The notes below the pieces were generated by a model, which was not told the DNA's origin, made no database searches, and saw only the letters and a program-made list of their open reading frames with translations. Made by a program: the position numbers and the translations under genes. Of a stretch of 64,000 bases of DNA, positions 30,626 to 44,495 are shown piece after piece (positions within the stretch are counted from its first letter, which is position 1; each line of letters begins with the position of its first letter). This stretch comes from Octopus vulgaris (taxonomy: Eukaryota), in the NCBI GenBank assembly GCA_951406725.2, contig OX597817.1, positions 138,632,001 to 138,696,000 of the forward strand. The letters run 5' to 3'.

Positions 30626-31989
30626 GGAATTGTACTAATAGGTCATTAGAATGCCTTAAGAAGAAAATGTACAAGTTCTTTAAGAATAATGGCCGTGGTA
30701 TATCTATAGAGAATGAGCATTATGCAGTAAATTATCTAGACGTCAACCTTAATCTAGTCACTAATAAGATCAATCCATTCTATAAGTTGAATGAAAACCT
30801 AAAGTATATTAGTTCTTCAAGTAACCATCCTAAATCAGTTAAAGAAGCCTTAATAAATAATATAAGTAAAAGAATATCTATGCTATCCTCAGATTGTGAC
30901 ACTTTTAATAAACATGCCGCATATTATAATAATGCATTAAAAGAAGCAGGATATAACTCTAATATAAAATTCTTTAATTATTATGAACGCATTAATAATA
31001 ATAATAATAATATAACAAGTACTTCTAATAAAATTAATAATAAATCTAACAGTAAAAATATGAATAATAATAATAATAAAAGTCAATATAACAAACTAAA
31101 TAAAGATAAAAATAATATAGTTGTTAATAATGATAATAATAATAGTAATAATAATAATATGAGCAATAGTAAAAAGCATAATAAAGTATACATGAAGAGA
31201 TATAATATACCTATGAATAATAATTTAATACCGATAATGTCTACTAATAATGATAATATAAAAAATATAAAAGATATTATATGGTTAATTATTCCGTATG
31301 GAGATCACGTTCTGACTAATATTATTAAGAAGACACTTAAAATGGTAAAAATGGTTTTTAAAAAGGACAATAGTTATTCAAATATATTTTCTAATAAAAC
31401 CATAAGAGTGGGATACTCAACACCGAGAAATGTAGGCAATATAATTTTCTCTATAAATAATAAGAAATTAAATAGTTATTATAATAACATAATAAATAAT
31501 AGCGCTAGCCATATAACCGATAGTGATATAAGTCGTAATCAACATATAGTAAAATGTTCATGTCGTGATAAGACTAAATGTAAGTTCACTAATAATTGTA
31601 ATATAGATAATGTAATTTATAAATGTATAGTTAGCACTAAGAACAATAATAAAAAAATTATAAATAAGGCTTATATTGGATCAACAGCTAATGAAATTTT
31701 AAAAAAATATATCCCAACACTACCAGACCTTTAAAAATCCCAATTTAAGTAATTCTACAGGCTTAAGTAAATATATATGGGAATTAAAATCTAGAAAAAG
31801 AGAGTACACCCTTAATTGGAGTATTATAGGTAGAGGCGACGCCTATAATATTGGGAAAACTGTTTATTATGCATAATTGAATTTATGAAACTACTACAGT
31901 CTAGAGATAAATTACTAAGCAGCCATGATGAACTAGGAGTAAAATGTAGGCACCGAAGTGATTTTACATTCAGTAAAATGAAGTACTGA
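30625..31989 (+). pseudogene. Penelope-like (Naiad-type) RT thumb, Cys-rich knuckle and GIY-YIG endonuclease; 5'-truncated, frameshifts near 31700-31715 and 31860
   Basis: VNYLDVNLNL, SSSNHPKSV, CSCRDKTKCKFTNNCNIDNVIYKC..AYIGST; continues QHYQTFKNPNLSNSTGLSKYIWELK..LNWSII/CLLCIIE..LSSHDELGVKCRH, stop at 31987-89. Confidence 0.9.
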
Positions 31990-32575
31990 TCCTCTAACCC
32001 CTGAATCAAATAACCACATAATTTTATTTCTAAAGCACTTGAATAGACTATATAAATAAATGATAAAAAATAATGTAATAATTTAAATATAATAAATATA
32101 TGAATTAAACATTACTAAAATTATATAATAAATTAGATATACCACCCAAATACAGGTAAATTTGAAAATAATAATAGAGGATAATTTAAAATTAAAACTA
32201 AGTATTGTGTAATTACCACCCCCACTTGGTACTAATCACCTATAAATACCCATAGTTCCCTGCTATCTTCCTTAAATCCCCATTTTAGTGCCAGCAAAAA
32301 AAGGAAGACATGCATTTGGATTATTCTTGTTATATATCACATTTAAACACAGGCATTTTTATTCTGATGTTTAATCTTATATCTCACACTCTGTATTTGA
32401 CATGATTGATATATACAGTCATATTTATAATGTATAATTTATAAAATTTAATTCTTAATATTACAAAGTATAATTTTTATTCTTAATTTTTAATTCGTAA
32501 TTTTTAAGCTTTAATGCTTAATTGTATTGCTTATTCTAAAGGGATGTAAAATTAGATATATGATATTTTGAAATA

Positions 32576-32710
32576 GAACCTGAAGATGTGTTGGAATAAT
32601 TGTAAATCTGACGATTGCATACGAGGTATTTTTATATCTATATGTATGGCTATACAGTCGTGTATATGTGTATATATTATAATCTTTCAATACTGAAGCA
32701 CGTGTAGTTC
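32576..32710 (+). ncRNA. Degenerate type I hammerhead in the 3' region of the Naiad element
   Basis: GAAC-CTGAAGA-t-GTGTTGGA..(~90 nt)..TTCAATAC-t-GAAG-CACGTG-TA-GTTC; A15.1 is mutated to G and 10.1/11.1 is unpaired. Confidence 0.6.
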
Positions 32711-32922
32711 CTTCACATTTAATAAATATAAGTATTAACTAAAGTATGATATAATTAATGAAGTATATTATATACACAGCTTCAAATTTTGGTTATATCC
32801 CTTAAATATCATTTCGTGATTTGCAAACTGATACGATGAGTTTAGTGTAAGATATACTCATTAGATTATATTTGTATTATCTGAAATAGAATACCCACAT
32901 ATCGATTAATACCCCCCCCCCC

Positions 32923-32996
<74 letters not shown>

Positions 32997-33439
32997 GGAA
33001 ATAAATAGATATACACAAACGTGCATACATACACACAGCGTACGACACAAGCTCTTCACCGATGATATTTAAAAAATGTTTTATGATTTTTCTTTTGTCG
33101 GGAGAGAGAGAGAGAGAGAGAACTCCCTCAATATGTATTGCATGACCAATTAACGTTCCTCTATCGATTCCATTGTTCGCACATTGTTTACTCTCCTATG
33201 TCTATATAATAATATACCAGTTCCGAAATAAAGCTGCAATATTTATTTCCTTTAAGGCTTGAGTGTGTCCTTATCTCATACGTTTTTAAGAGATTTATGG
33301 CAAAAGCGAATTCATAATCATAGGTTGCTTATGATGATAACATTAAACTTTGTTGAATAACAAATAAGTCACTTTTTTAATGATTGTAGAAATCTCATGT
33401 TAAAACGTGACATATTGCATATATGTTTGGTTGAATGCA

Positions 33440-33475
33440 TGTGTGTGTATATATATACATATATATATATGTATG

Positions 33476-33507
<32 letters not shown>

Positions 33508-33587
33508 TATATGTATATACACACACATAATGTATATACACACATATATATGTATACACACACATATATATATGTATATACACGCAC

Positions 33588-33618
<31 letters not shown>

Positions 33619-33661
33619 TATATATATATACACACACACATATATACATATATATACATAC

Positions 33662-33692
<31 letters not shown>

Positions 33693-33723
33693 AGTATATG
33701 TATATATACATATGTGTATACAC

Positions 33724-33756
<33 letters not shown>

Positions 33757-33870
33757 CACATATATATATACATATACTTATATATATATATATATACACT
33801 TATACATATACACACATATATATATATATATACACATATATATACATATATATATATATACACATACACA
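33440..33870. repeat. (TA/CA)n compound microsatellite
   Basis: Directly visible. Confidence 0.95.
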
Positions 33871-34189
33871 CATTTCTTGAGTGTATTGTATGCAAGTGTA
33901 GATGTGAGCTTAAATCCGAAGTTTTCACACACTTTAATCGCCATTTGCATTTATTACGGAAATAATTATCCAACGCTTTTCATTGGTTGGTTTTTTCCCT
34001 GGTTAACGCAGGTGAAGTATGGGACATTTTAACAATTCAAGCATTCATTATGAATTCCTAGAGATTCGCTATTTCACAATCAACGGTCAGCTTTTGAATG
34101 CGAATTCTGACGCGCAGGGAAAGTGCATTCTGTCTTTTATTTGCTTCAGTCACTGGACTGCGACCATGCTGGAGGACTGCCAGATAAGA

Positions 34190-35194
34190 TGTGGTGGTCA
34201 GATAAGATGTTCAACTTCACTAGAATGTTCCTCGTGCCATTCAGTAACAACTTTAGCTTTGTGAATTGGTGCATTATCATCCTGAAAGATTGTGTCACTC
34301 CGGAAACAGTTCCGCAAACATAGGATGAATTTGATCAGATAAAATGTTTAAACAGTTTTGACTATTAATTCTTCTATGAAGGAAAACCATTGAGCCGGCG
34401 GATTTCCAAGATATAGCCCCCCCCACCCAGGTCATAACAGATCCTCCTCCATGTTTAACAGTTGGAAGAAGGCAGTCTTGGTCAAATGCTTCTTTTGGCT
34501 GTCTTCACACGTATACTCGGCCTGTGGTCGGAAATAAGGTAAAGAATGACTCGTCCGAGAAAATAATATTCTTCCACTGCTCTAGGGACCAATTCTGTAG
34601 GTTTTTACTCCACTCTAAAGTTTTGCAACGTTTGTTTTTGAAAGTAGTTGTTTTGTGATTGCAGCCCTCCCGTGTAATCCGGCTTTGTGCAGCTCCTGGC
34701 AAACAGTTTTTATGGAAACTGGATTCCCGAGGTGGTCATTAAGCTCTGCAGTAATTTTGGGAGCTGTACTTTTGTGATCCTTTCTGACAATTCGCATAAG
34801 AATCCGACGGTCCCAATCAGAAAGTTTTTGTTTTCTTCCGGATTTTTGTTTCGACGAAGAGTTTTTCCCTCTTTCTCAAAGGCTGTCATTACTTTCGAGA
34901 CAGCACTTCTTGATACACCAAACATTTCGGCTGTTTTCGTTATGCTAGCACCTGCTATATGAGCACCAACAATTTGACCTCGTTGAAAGTCCAATAGATC
35001 TGTCATTTTAATGAATTTTAATTACCTTTTTCTGATAATATCTGAAAAGAAACAGCAATTTTAGCAAAGCATTAAGTAACACTAATAATAAATCAAAAAC
35101 AAAAAAAAATAAACAACCTTTTGATGGTTTTAGAAGTATTTCAAAATTATGATGCTATGATCCTAGGTGTTACCATTATTTTGTCCAACCCCTG
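34190..35194 (-). mobile_element. Tc1-family transposon, 3'-truncated, frameshifted transposase
   Basis: TA-CAGGGGTTGGACAAAATAATGGTAACACC terminus at 35194; DFQRGQIVGA HTH; QWKNIIFSDESFF; PTVKHGGGSVMTWVG. Confidence 0.9.
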
Positions 35195-35280
35195 TATGTA
35201 TGTATGTATGTATTTGTATGTATGTATGTATGTATGTGTATATATATATATATGTATGTATATATATATATATATGTATG

Positions 35281-35311
<31 letters not shown>

Positions 35312-35398
35312 GTGTATATATATGTATGTGTATATATATATGTGTGTGTATATATATGTGTATATATATATATGTATGTGTATATATATATATATATA

Positions 35399-35441
<43 letters not shown>

Positions 35442-35488
35442 GTGTATATATATATGTGTATATATATATATGTGTGTATATATATATG

Positions 35489-35527
<39 letters not shown>

Positions 35528-35606
35528 ATATATATGTATGTATGTATATATATATGTATGTATGTGTATATATATGTATGTATGTGTATATATATGTATG
35601 TATGTG

Positions 35607-35637
<31 letters not shown>

Positions 35638-35748
35638 GTATGTGTATATATATATATATATGTATGTGTATGTATATATATATATATATGTATGTGTATA
35701 TATATGTATGTGTATATATATATATGTATGTGTATATATATGTATGTG

Positions 35749-35799
<51 letters not shown>

Positions 35800-35814
35800 G
35801 TATGTGTATATATA

Positions 35815-35857
<43 letters not shown>

Positions 35858-36098
35858 ATATATATATATATATGTATGTGTATATATATATATGTATGTG
35901 TATATATATGTATGTGTATATATATATATATATGTATGTGTATATATATATATGTATGTGTATATATATATATATGTATGTGTATATATATATATGTATG
36001 TGTATATATATATATGTATGTGTATATATATATATATGTATGTATATATATATATGTATGTGTATATATATATATATGTATGTGTATATATATGTATG

Positions 36099-36145
<47 letters not shown>

Positions 36146-36350
36146 ATATATATATATATATGTATGTGTATATATATATATATATGTATGTGTATATATA
36201 TGTATGTGTATATATATATATATATATATGTATGTGTATATATATATATATATGTATGTGTATATATATATATGTATGTGTATATATATATATATGTATG
36301 TGTATATATATATATGTATGTGTATATATATATATATGTATGTGTATATA
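35195..36350. repeat. Long (TA)n/TATGTG compound array; resumes at 37690-38232
   Basis: Directly visible; brackets the CR1-type LINE. Confidence 0.95.
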
Positions 36351-37689
36351 AATCCTTAAATCCTTAAAAATGTTTTAGCCCGAAGGCCGCGGCCATGCTG
36401 GGGCACCACCGCTGAATGAGCTACACTAGTTTGTGAATCCACCTCTGATACGTGGCACTTGATCAACAAGGGAGTTCGATGCTGCTGCCCGCATCCGTGT
36501 CTCCTGTCGTGAGGTAGGTTCATCTGGGACTCCCAACAAGAAGAGATCCAGTTTAGTTTTAAAGAAACCCACATCCACACCATGTAAGTCTCTCAGGCAT
36601 TTAGGGAGGATGTTAAAGAGCTGTGGTCCTCTGAAACCCAAGCTGTTGCAGTATCTGGACCTGTATTTTGATGGTGATGTTGGAATCCTTGGCACCACGC
36701 AGCGGCGCCCGTTCTGCGGTTGGAGTAACTTTGAATGCCAAAGTTTGGGACAAGACCCTCCAGGATTTTCCAGATGTATATCACTGCATATCTCTCCCGC
36801 CTCCGCTCCAGGGAGAAGAGGTTTAATACCTTCAGTCTTTCCCAGTAGCTGACATTTTGCATTGAGACGATTTTCTTTGTGTAGCTTCTCTGAGTTGCTT
36901 CGAGTTCTGCTGTTTGTTTTATATTGTGTGGTGACCAAAGTTGGGAGCAGTAGTCCAAGCGGCTGAGGACAAATGTTTTCCATAGGACCATCAGTGTCTC
37001 CTTCTCTCTTGTTCTGAAAGTTCGGAGAATCCATCCAGCTAGCCGTCTGCATTTTATCACCAGATTAGCAATATGCATTTGGAAAGATGCATCATTGCTC
37101 ATGTCAATGCCCAGGTCACGCACTGATTTTGACTCAGGGATTGCAATTCTTCCTGGGCCAGTGTATCCAGTCTTCACGTCATTTACCTTTGTGTGCCAGT
37201 AGCGCAGGGCCTGGAACTTACCTGCATTAAACTGCATGTTGTTGTCCTCAGCCCACCTGTATATTGTGTCCAGCTCATGTTGCAGATGCGCAATATTTTC
37301 AGGGTTTTGTATTGCGTGGGAGACTTTTGTGTCATCTGCATAGCTAGCAAGGGTGGTCATCGTAGCAACTGAAGGCATGTCTGAAAGGGCCACTATGAAC
37401 ATCAGTGGCCCCAAGACAGTGCCCTGTGGGACACCGCTTGTTATTTGCGTTTCCCTGGAGGTGGCTCCATTGCTCACAACTGCCTGTTTTCTGTCTTTTA
37501 GGAAGTTGTGCAGCCACTCTCCAAGTTTCCCGCCTATGCCGAGACCACGCAGTTTGTGACAGATCATACCATGGTCGACTTTATCAAAGGCTTTTGCAAA
37601 GTCAAGATATATTACATCCACATTTGAGCCATTTAGTAGCTGTTTCAACACCCAGTCATAGTGTTGCAGGAGCTGTGTTAGGCAGCCTC
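36351..37689 (-). mobile_element. CR1-group LINE, 5'-truncated, RT domain nearly intact, with 3' tail
   Basis: ORF 36593-37651: [54 protein letters not shown]; one frameshift near 36715; tail GGTGGTGCCCCAGCATGGCCGCGGCC TTCG GGCT AAAACA (TTTAAGGA)2. Confidence 0.92.
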
Positions 37690-37828
37690 ATGTATATATA
37701 TATATATGTATGTGTATATATATATATGTATGTGTATATATATATATGTATGTGTATATATATATATATGTATGTATATATATATATGTATGTGTATATA
37801 TATATATGTATGTATATATATATATATG

Positions 37829-37875
<47 letters not shown>

Positions 37876-37962
37876 GTATGTATATATATATATATGTATG
37901 TGTATATATATATATGTATGTGTATATATATATATGTATGTGTATATATATATATGTATGTG

Positions 37963-37993
<31 letters not shown>

Positions 37994-38150
37994 GTGTATG
38001 GGTATATATATATATATGTGTATGTGTATATATATATATATATGTGTATGTATATATATATATGTATGTGTATGTATATATATATATGTATGTGTATATA
38101 TATATATATGTATGTGTATATATATATATATGTATGTGTATATATATATG

Positions 38151-38201
<51 letters not shown>

Positions 38202-38254
38202 GTGTATTATGTATGTATGTGTATGTATGTATTGCCAATAATAACGTTATTCTT

Positions 38255-38658
38255 TTACTCTTTTATTCGTTTCAGTCATTTGATTGTGGCCATGCTGGAG
38301 CACCGCCTTTAGTGGAACAAATCGACCTCAGGACTTATTCTTTGTAAGCTTAGTACTCATTCTATCGGTCACTTTTGCCAAAGCACTATATTACGGAGAT
38401 ATAAACACACCAACACCAGTTGTCAAGCTATGGTGGGGAGACAAGCACGGACACACACACACATATATGTTTGCGTGTGTGTGTATATAAATATATATAT
38501 ATATATATATATGTAAGTATATATATACACGACAGGCTTCTTTCAGTTTCCGTCAACCAAATCCACTCACAGGGCTTTGGTCGACCCGAAGCTATAGTAG
38601 AAGACACTTTCCCAAGGTGCCATGCAGTGGGACTGAACCCGCAACTATGTGGTTGGTA
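38255..38658 (-). mobile_element. SINE family A
   Basis: Reverse complement of the family A body and tail. Confidence 0.8.
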
Positions 38659-39415
38659 CCTCACTAGTACATGAAGTGTAACATTAATATTAACAATATT
38701 TAATAACTTAGAACTATACTAGTACTACTACTGCTGCTGCTGTTCCCACTACTCCAATGTCGACCACGTCACCACTCCACCATCACCATCACTATTACCA
38801 CCATCCTAACCACTACTACTGCAACGACGCCGACAACGACGGCCATAACCACCACCAGGTATCCAACCAGCGAAACAATGAGCAATTAGCGTCGATAGAA
38901 ACCAGTCCAGAAAAAAGCGACGGTCCCCTCAGCATGGCCGATCAATTTGTCAGTATTGTTGCAAGGGGTTAGTAAGGGAGCATCAAGGGGCCTAGGGTCC
39001 AACAGGTGACTGTGTTTCTGACAGATTGTTGATTGTGTTGTTGTTGTTGTCAGTCAGGAACCCTGTTGAGACATTATAACAAGGCTGTCATCACGTCGCC
39101 CGGGAACACACACACAACTGATTCACTCAAGAAGAATGGGACTTAAACAAGGGGAACTTTACAGAAAAAAAAAAGGGTCACAGAAATTTTGGTTGCGGTG
39201 GAGCTTCCAAAGTGTTGAATGGGTGGGATTAATTTAGGTCTTGGGTTAGGGTTAGGGTCGATAATGAAAAGGATAAGGGTCAGTTACATTGCTCCCTCAC
39301 CGCACACAGACAAAATAAAACACAAGAAAAAAAAGACATAAAAATACTTGGAGCAGTTTTTTGTAAAACTTTACTGCTATTACTGCTGCTGCTGCTGTTG
39401 TTTGTGGTGTTGATT

Positions 39416-39449
<34 letters not shown>

Positions 39450-40051
39450 CTCATTAATTGTTTTAAATAAGATGCTGATAATATTGGTGACAACTGCAAT
39501 GATGGTGGTGATGTTGGTGGCGGTGATGATGATGATGATGATGACGATGTTAGAAGAAACTGCGACTTCTACTCGACTTATTCGTCACCATCGTCGGCGT
39601 CAACACCAACACATCTGCCACAACACAACCACTACCACCATAACCACCACCACCACCACCACTACCACCGCCACCACCGTCAACACTCCCACCCTCCCCA
39701 CCAACACCTTTGTTACCACCACCACCAACACCACCACCACCACCACTAACACCACCACCTTTACAGCCGCCCGAATTACCCAAAAAACTACCACCCCAAA
39801 CACCAAATTTCGCTGCCCTGTATCGGTTCTTAAGTTCCGTCAGCGTGCAGTTTGAAATCCACTGATACTGGAGGACAATGGAAGTTTTCATTGCTATGTT
39901 TCTTTGCATAATGGTGTGGCGAGAAATTTTCTTGTTTCCTGTTCAAAACCAATCAGGTACTTTCAAAAACTTGATTTTTTTTTTCAGATCCCCAGTGTCG
40001 CGGTCGTTGTGGGCCTTTGTCTCTGCAAGTAATCCTCTATTTTATCCTGGA

Positions 40052-40111
<60 letters not shown>

Positions 40112-40879
40112 GCCCAAATGCTTTCCGAAACGATTGAGATTGCACTTATTTTTAGGCCTAAACAGATGAGTGTGCTGTCAGTGTGTTTCTAGCTTGAAAG
40201 ATATTTTACTTTAACTCTTTGTGCGCATTTACAGTATGGTCGGTCGTGTTTACAATCTCTTTTGACAGGAAATTTACACTCAAAGGGCACTAATCGAGCC
40301 TCCGTAGTTATATTCTGTTTGAAGTGTTTGCGTGGTGGTCATAGATTTTTGGCGTGGTTAATGATTCGTAATCATGTATTACCCGTATGAACTATACCTG
40401 ATTAGCAGAAAATTTGCTAAGATCTTTCTAAAATTGGATAACGAGTGATGATTAATGTAAGGAAGGTCCTACCTGATATGTGGATACCTTTAATCAAATA
40501 ATATTAAAACTACCCCTAGCTCTCTATTCTAGTAAGGAGCAACATTGTCAAATATTTCTGGACTCGATAAATGGGGAGTTTGATAAAGTTATCTGCATAA
40601 TTGTAAGGGAGTGGTCGAAGCACTTCATAATGTATATTGCTTGGTTTGTTTGGATTACGATGCGAGTGGTGTTTGCCAGTATTTAAGTTAAATATTGTAT
40701 CTTAAAAATATTTTCTTCACGTTTATAATTAACGTAATTTTTTAATCAAAGAAATAGTTAATTAGTGTCGAGTTTGTCTGTGTCATACTGATTTAGGTTA
40801 TGGTATACAGCAAGTACATCCTTTCTAAGAAAAACTGTGGGGTACCACTGAAAAAATAAAACATTTAAGAGCAGTGAAT

Positions 40880-41260
40880 AATCAGACAGTTGCCAACCGA
40901 GTTAGAGTATCACTGTCAAATGAAAAGGTGAATAATTATATTAGCTGCTCTGAAAACACGCTCAAAGACAAACACATTCTGCATGCTCACTCCTTCGTGT
41001 TCAGAAACAAAAAAAATTCTACAGCTTTGTTCCAGTATATCTGGAATCTAAAACTAAAAACAAACAACAAGGTCAATATTTCCTGGACAGTTGTTAAAAC
41101 TGTAATCTCCAACGAAAACAAATGAATATGATGCTCACCATTTCCGGCCTCAAGCAATTCTTTGTCATACAGAGTAAGACACAAGATTTGTAACCACAAA
41201 AATATTTTCTGAACAACTTTCATCTTCAAAAGCCCTACTCAGAGTGCTGTCTTGCAAGAT
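40880..41260 (+). pseudogene. Decayed Naiad-type GIY-YIG fragment
   Basis: NYISCSENTLKDKHILHAHSFVFRNKKNSTALFQYIWNLK..NISWTVV. Confidence 0.75.
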
Positions 41261-41270
41261 AAAAATCATA

Positions 41271-41328
41271 TTGGCTGAAAATAGACTACACACACCAACT
41301 ACCAATGGCATGAAATGGTTCATAGCAA
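41271..41328 (+). ncRNA. Degenerate hammerhead motif directly 3' of a Naiad fragment
   Basis: TTGG-CTGAAAA-...-GAAA-TGGTTCA-TA-GCAA; stem III resembles the 8243-54 copy; core position 8 and stem II are damaged. Confidence 0.45.
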
Positions 41329-41754
41329 GGTAAGTTATTAAGAAGATTGTTGTTACATGCAGCCAACTGATCCTTCGAAGCTAGAATATTTTAGCAGTTG
41401 CTGTAAAATCGAAATAGCGAGAAGTTTGAAACTCAATTAAAAGTACACAATCTACAAAATATAAATTGTCCTGTACTCTACCAATTATTCCATACTGCCA
41501 GGTATATACAGACACATGTACGCACACACACACGCTCGCGAATATTTTGTACATGCCTGTATGTTTGTATATGTATCTCTATATACATTCTGATATATAT
41601 AGAGGGGGGATGTGTAAAGGGAAAGAGAGGAGAGAGAGAGAGATAGAGACGGGGCGAGAGAGAGAAAGGGACAGAGAGGCGAGGGAGAGACAGAAAATAG
41701 GAGAGAGAAAGAGGGACAGAGAGATGGGAGAGAGAAAGAGAGAGAGAGAGAGAG

Positions 41755-41811
<57 letters not shown>

Positions 41812-42106
41812 TCTTCTGTATGTGGTGTATCAAACTACTTTCGATATGTGAAAGAAAAATGCGAGATTCGGAGGAAAACATAGGTTCTGGTCTCCAGAGA
41901 CAATAAATGAAGCTAGGCCATGCTGGAGTCGCCACGGCTCACCATTTCGTGACATCAACCTGTTTTACAGATTACATTGACTGGTGGTGGTGGTGGTGGT
42001 GGTGGTGGTGAAGTTGTAGGGGGTGGCTGTCATTTTCTGGTTTGCTTTATCGATAAATAATCTTCTATAACTACAATTGTTTTGGACTGATTGATTATTT
42101 GTAACC

Positions 42107-42300
42107 GTGGTCAGATTAAAGATTAGATTACTTATTAACCCTTAATAAAAGTGGTTAAATTAAAGATTAACCATAAATAACAGTGGTTAGATTAAAGATG
42201 AACCAGTAATAAAAGCGGTTAGATTAAAGATGAAGCTTTAATAACAGCGTTTAGATTAAATATGAACCCTCGATTAAAGCGGTTAGATTAAAGATTAATA
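42107..42300. repeat. ~32-bp minisatellite, about 6 units (GYGGTTAGATTAAAGATKAA..TAATAA)
   Basis: Directly visible. Confidence 0.85.
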
Positions 42301-42617
42301 ACAATATACTTTCTCTACAAATCAAAGTATAAGATGGTTAGTGAAAGGAGTGATTCTCTGTAAACGGTTGGTGTATATTCTGTTGATATAAATACATAAT
42401 AAGGCTGCATGGTATACAACAAGTACATGCAACATTATTGTCAGTCAGTACAAATGGTATTGTGTTGAACAATGCTATTGTATCATAAATCGCATGTACT
42501 AAACGATATTGCATTATATGTCGCAAGTACATAATAACATTCTATTATATAATGCTGTTCTCTGGTATACAGATAGTACATAAAAGTATTGTGTCCGATA
42601 TGACAAGTACATAATGA

Positions 42618-42779
42618 TGCGCACGAGTGGCTGTCTGGTAAGTAGCCTGCTTACTAACCATATGATTCCGAGTTCAGTCCCACTGCGTGGCACCTTGGGC
42701 AAATATCTTCTACTATACCCTCGGGTCGACCAAAGCCTTGTGAGTGGATTTGGTAGATGGAAACTGAAAGAAGCCCGTC

Positions 42780-42835
<56 letters not shown>

Positions 42836-43030
42836 GTGTATGTGTGTGTCCCAACCATAGCTTGACAACTGATGTTGGTGTGTTTACGTCCCCGTAACTT
42901 AGCGGTTCGGCAAAAGTGACCGATAGAATAAGTACTCGGCTTACAAAGAATAAGTCCTGGGGTCGATTTGTTCGACGAAAGGTGGTGCTCCAGCATGGCC
43001 ACAGTCAAATGACTGAAACAAGTAAAAGAA
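42618..43030 (+). mobile_element. SINE family A
   Basis: Full head, body and tail. Confidence 0.85.
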
Positions 43031-43332
43031 AAGTACATTGTGTTGTTGTGTCGTATATAGCAAGTACAAAATATTGTCTAAAATTATAAGGTAAGGAAGG
43101 AAGAAGACACTGAATAAATAAAAAAAATCTGTAAGGTCACAACTGGAACGTCTTTGGTTATAGGTTTGCTCCTTAATGAAGGTCGGGAACAAATAAATGA
43201 TAATAGCAATAACAACAGCAGGAAGAAGCAACAGTGGCTGGTTCCGGGATATTTTCTTAATATTGAAATACTTCTTAAATCTATCATCAGTCTTGTTCAA
43301 TAAATCATATTTCTTTAATCTTTTTATGTATT

Positions 43333-43702
43333 ACCTGTTTCAGTCGTTAGACTGTGGCCATGCTGGGGCACAGCCTTGATGAATTTTTCGGCGAATTTGT
43401 CGACCCCAGGACCTTTTTTAAAGCCTGGTATTTATCCTGTTTCTTTTGCCGAACTGATAAGTTACCAGGACGAAAACATACCAGCACCGGTTGTCAAGCG
43501 ATGATGGGGCTAAACACACACACATACGAACACACATATACACATGTATATATACAAATATACCACGGGCTTCTTTCAGTTTCTGTCTACGAAATCCACT
43601 CACAAGGCTTTGGCCGGCCCGAGGCTGATATAAAACACTTGCCCAAGGTGCCGCGCACGTGGCTGGGAATCAAGCTTCTCGTCACACAGTCACGCGTGCA
43701 CC
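43333..43702 (-). mobile_element. SINE family A
   Basis: Reverse complement copy, tail-to-tail with 42618-43030. Confidence 0.8.
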
Positions 43703-43831
43703 TTTTAAAAATATTTCCCTCGTACCACCACCACCACAACATGTACAACAATAACGCCCCTCGCGTCACTATCACCATCGCAATGACAATACCCTCACCA
43801 CAACCACCACCATCCTCACCACCACCACCAC

Positions 43832-44495
43832 CGTTTGTCTGTCCTTGTTTATCCCCTCTGTGTTTAGCCCCTTGTGGGTAGTAAAGAAATAGGTATTTTG
43901 TCTGCCGCTACGTTTTGAGTTCAAATTCCGCCGAGGTCGACTTTGCCTTTCATCCTTTCGGGGTCGATTAAATAAGTACCAGTTTCGCACTGGGGTCGAT
44001 GTAATGGACTTAATCCATTTGTCTGTCGTTGTTTGTCTCCTCTGTGTTTAGCCCCTTGTGGGTAGTAAAGAAATAGATATTTCGTCAGCCGCTACGTTCT
44101 GAGTTCAAATTCCGCCTAGGACGACTTTGGCTTTCCTTCTTTCGGGGTCGATAAATTAAATACCTATTTCTTTACAACCCACAAGGGGCTAAACACAGAG
44201 AGGAGGAACAAGGACAGACAAACAGATTAAATCGATTATATCGACCCCAGTGCGTAACTGGTACTTATTTAATCGACCCCGAAAGGATGACAGGCAAAGT
44301 CGACCTCGGCGGAATTTGAACGCAGAACGTAACGGCAGACGAAATACGGCTACGCATTTCGCCCGGCGTGCTAACGATTTTGCCAGCTCGCCGCCCTCGA
44401 TAAATTAAATACCAGTTGCGTATTGGGGTCGATCTAATCGACTAGCCCCCATCTCCCAAAAAGTTTGGGCCTTATACCTAAAGTAGAAAAGAATA
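43832..44495. mobile_element. Nested SINE family B copies; a minus copy (44161-44395) is inserted in a plus copy
   Basis: TCGATAAATTAAATACC is repeated at 44148-64 and 44397-413 around the inverted copy. Confidence 0.8.

Noticed and set aside
38995-39075. Possible miRNA hairpin
   Set aside because: Only two short helices around a (GTT)n loop
39988-40028. Possible micro-exon (TTTTTTTTCAG...GTAATC); also the acceptor-like site at 51890
   Set aside because: Isolated splice-like motifs with no linked exons or recognisable peptide
41110-41140. In-frame TGA codons (K*I*C) at the CxxC position of a Naiad fragment as selenocysteine, since some Naiads are selenoproteins
   Set aside because: The fragment is heavily decayed with two adjacent stops, no SECIS was recognised, and the other copies have ordinary Cys (CLLC, CGLC)
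43229-43295. Minus-strand CTGATGA motif as an intact ribozyme
   Set aside because: GAAA and stems II/III are mutated; at best a decayed remnant, counted only as degenerate
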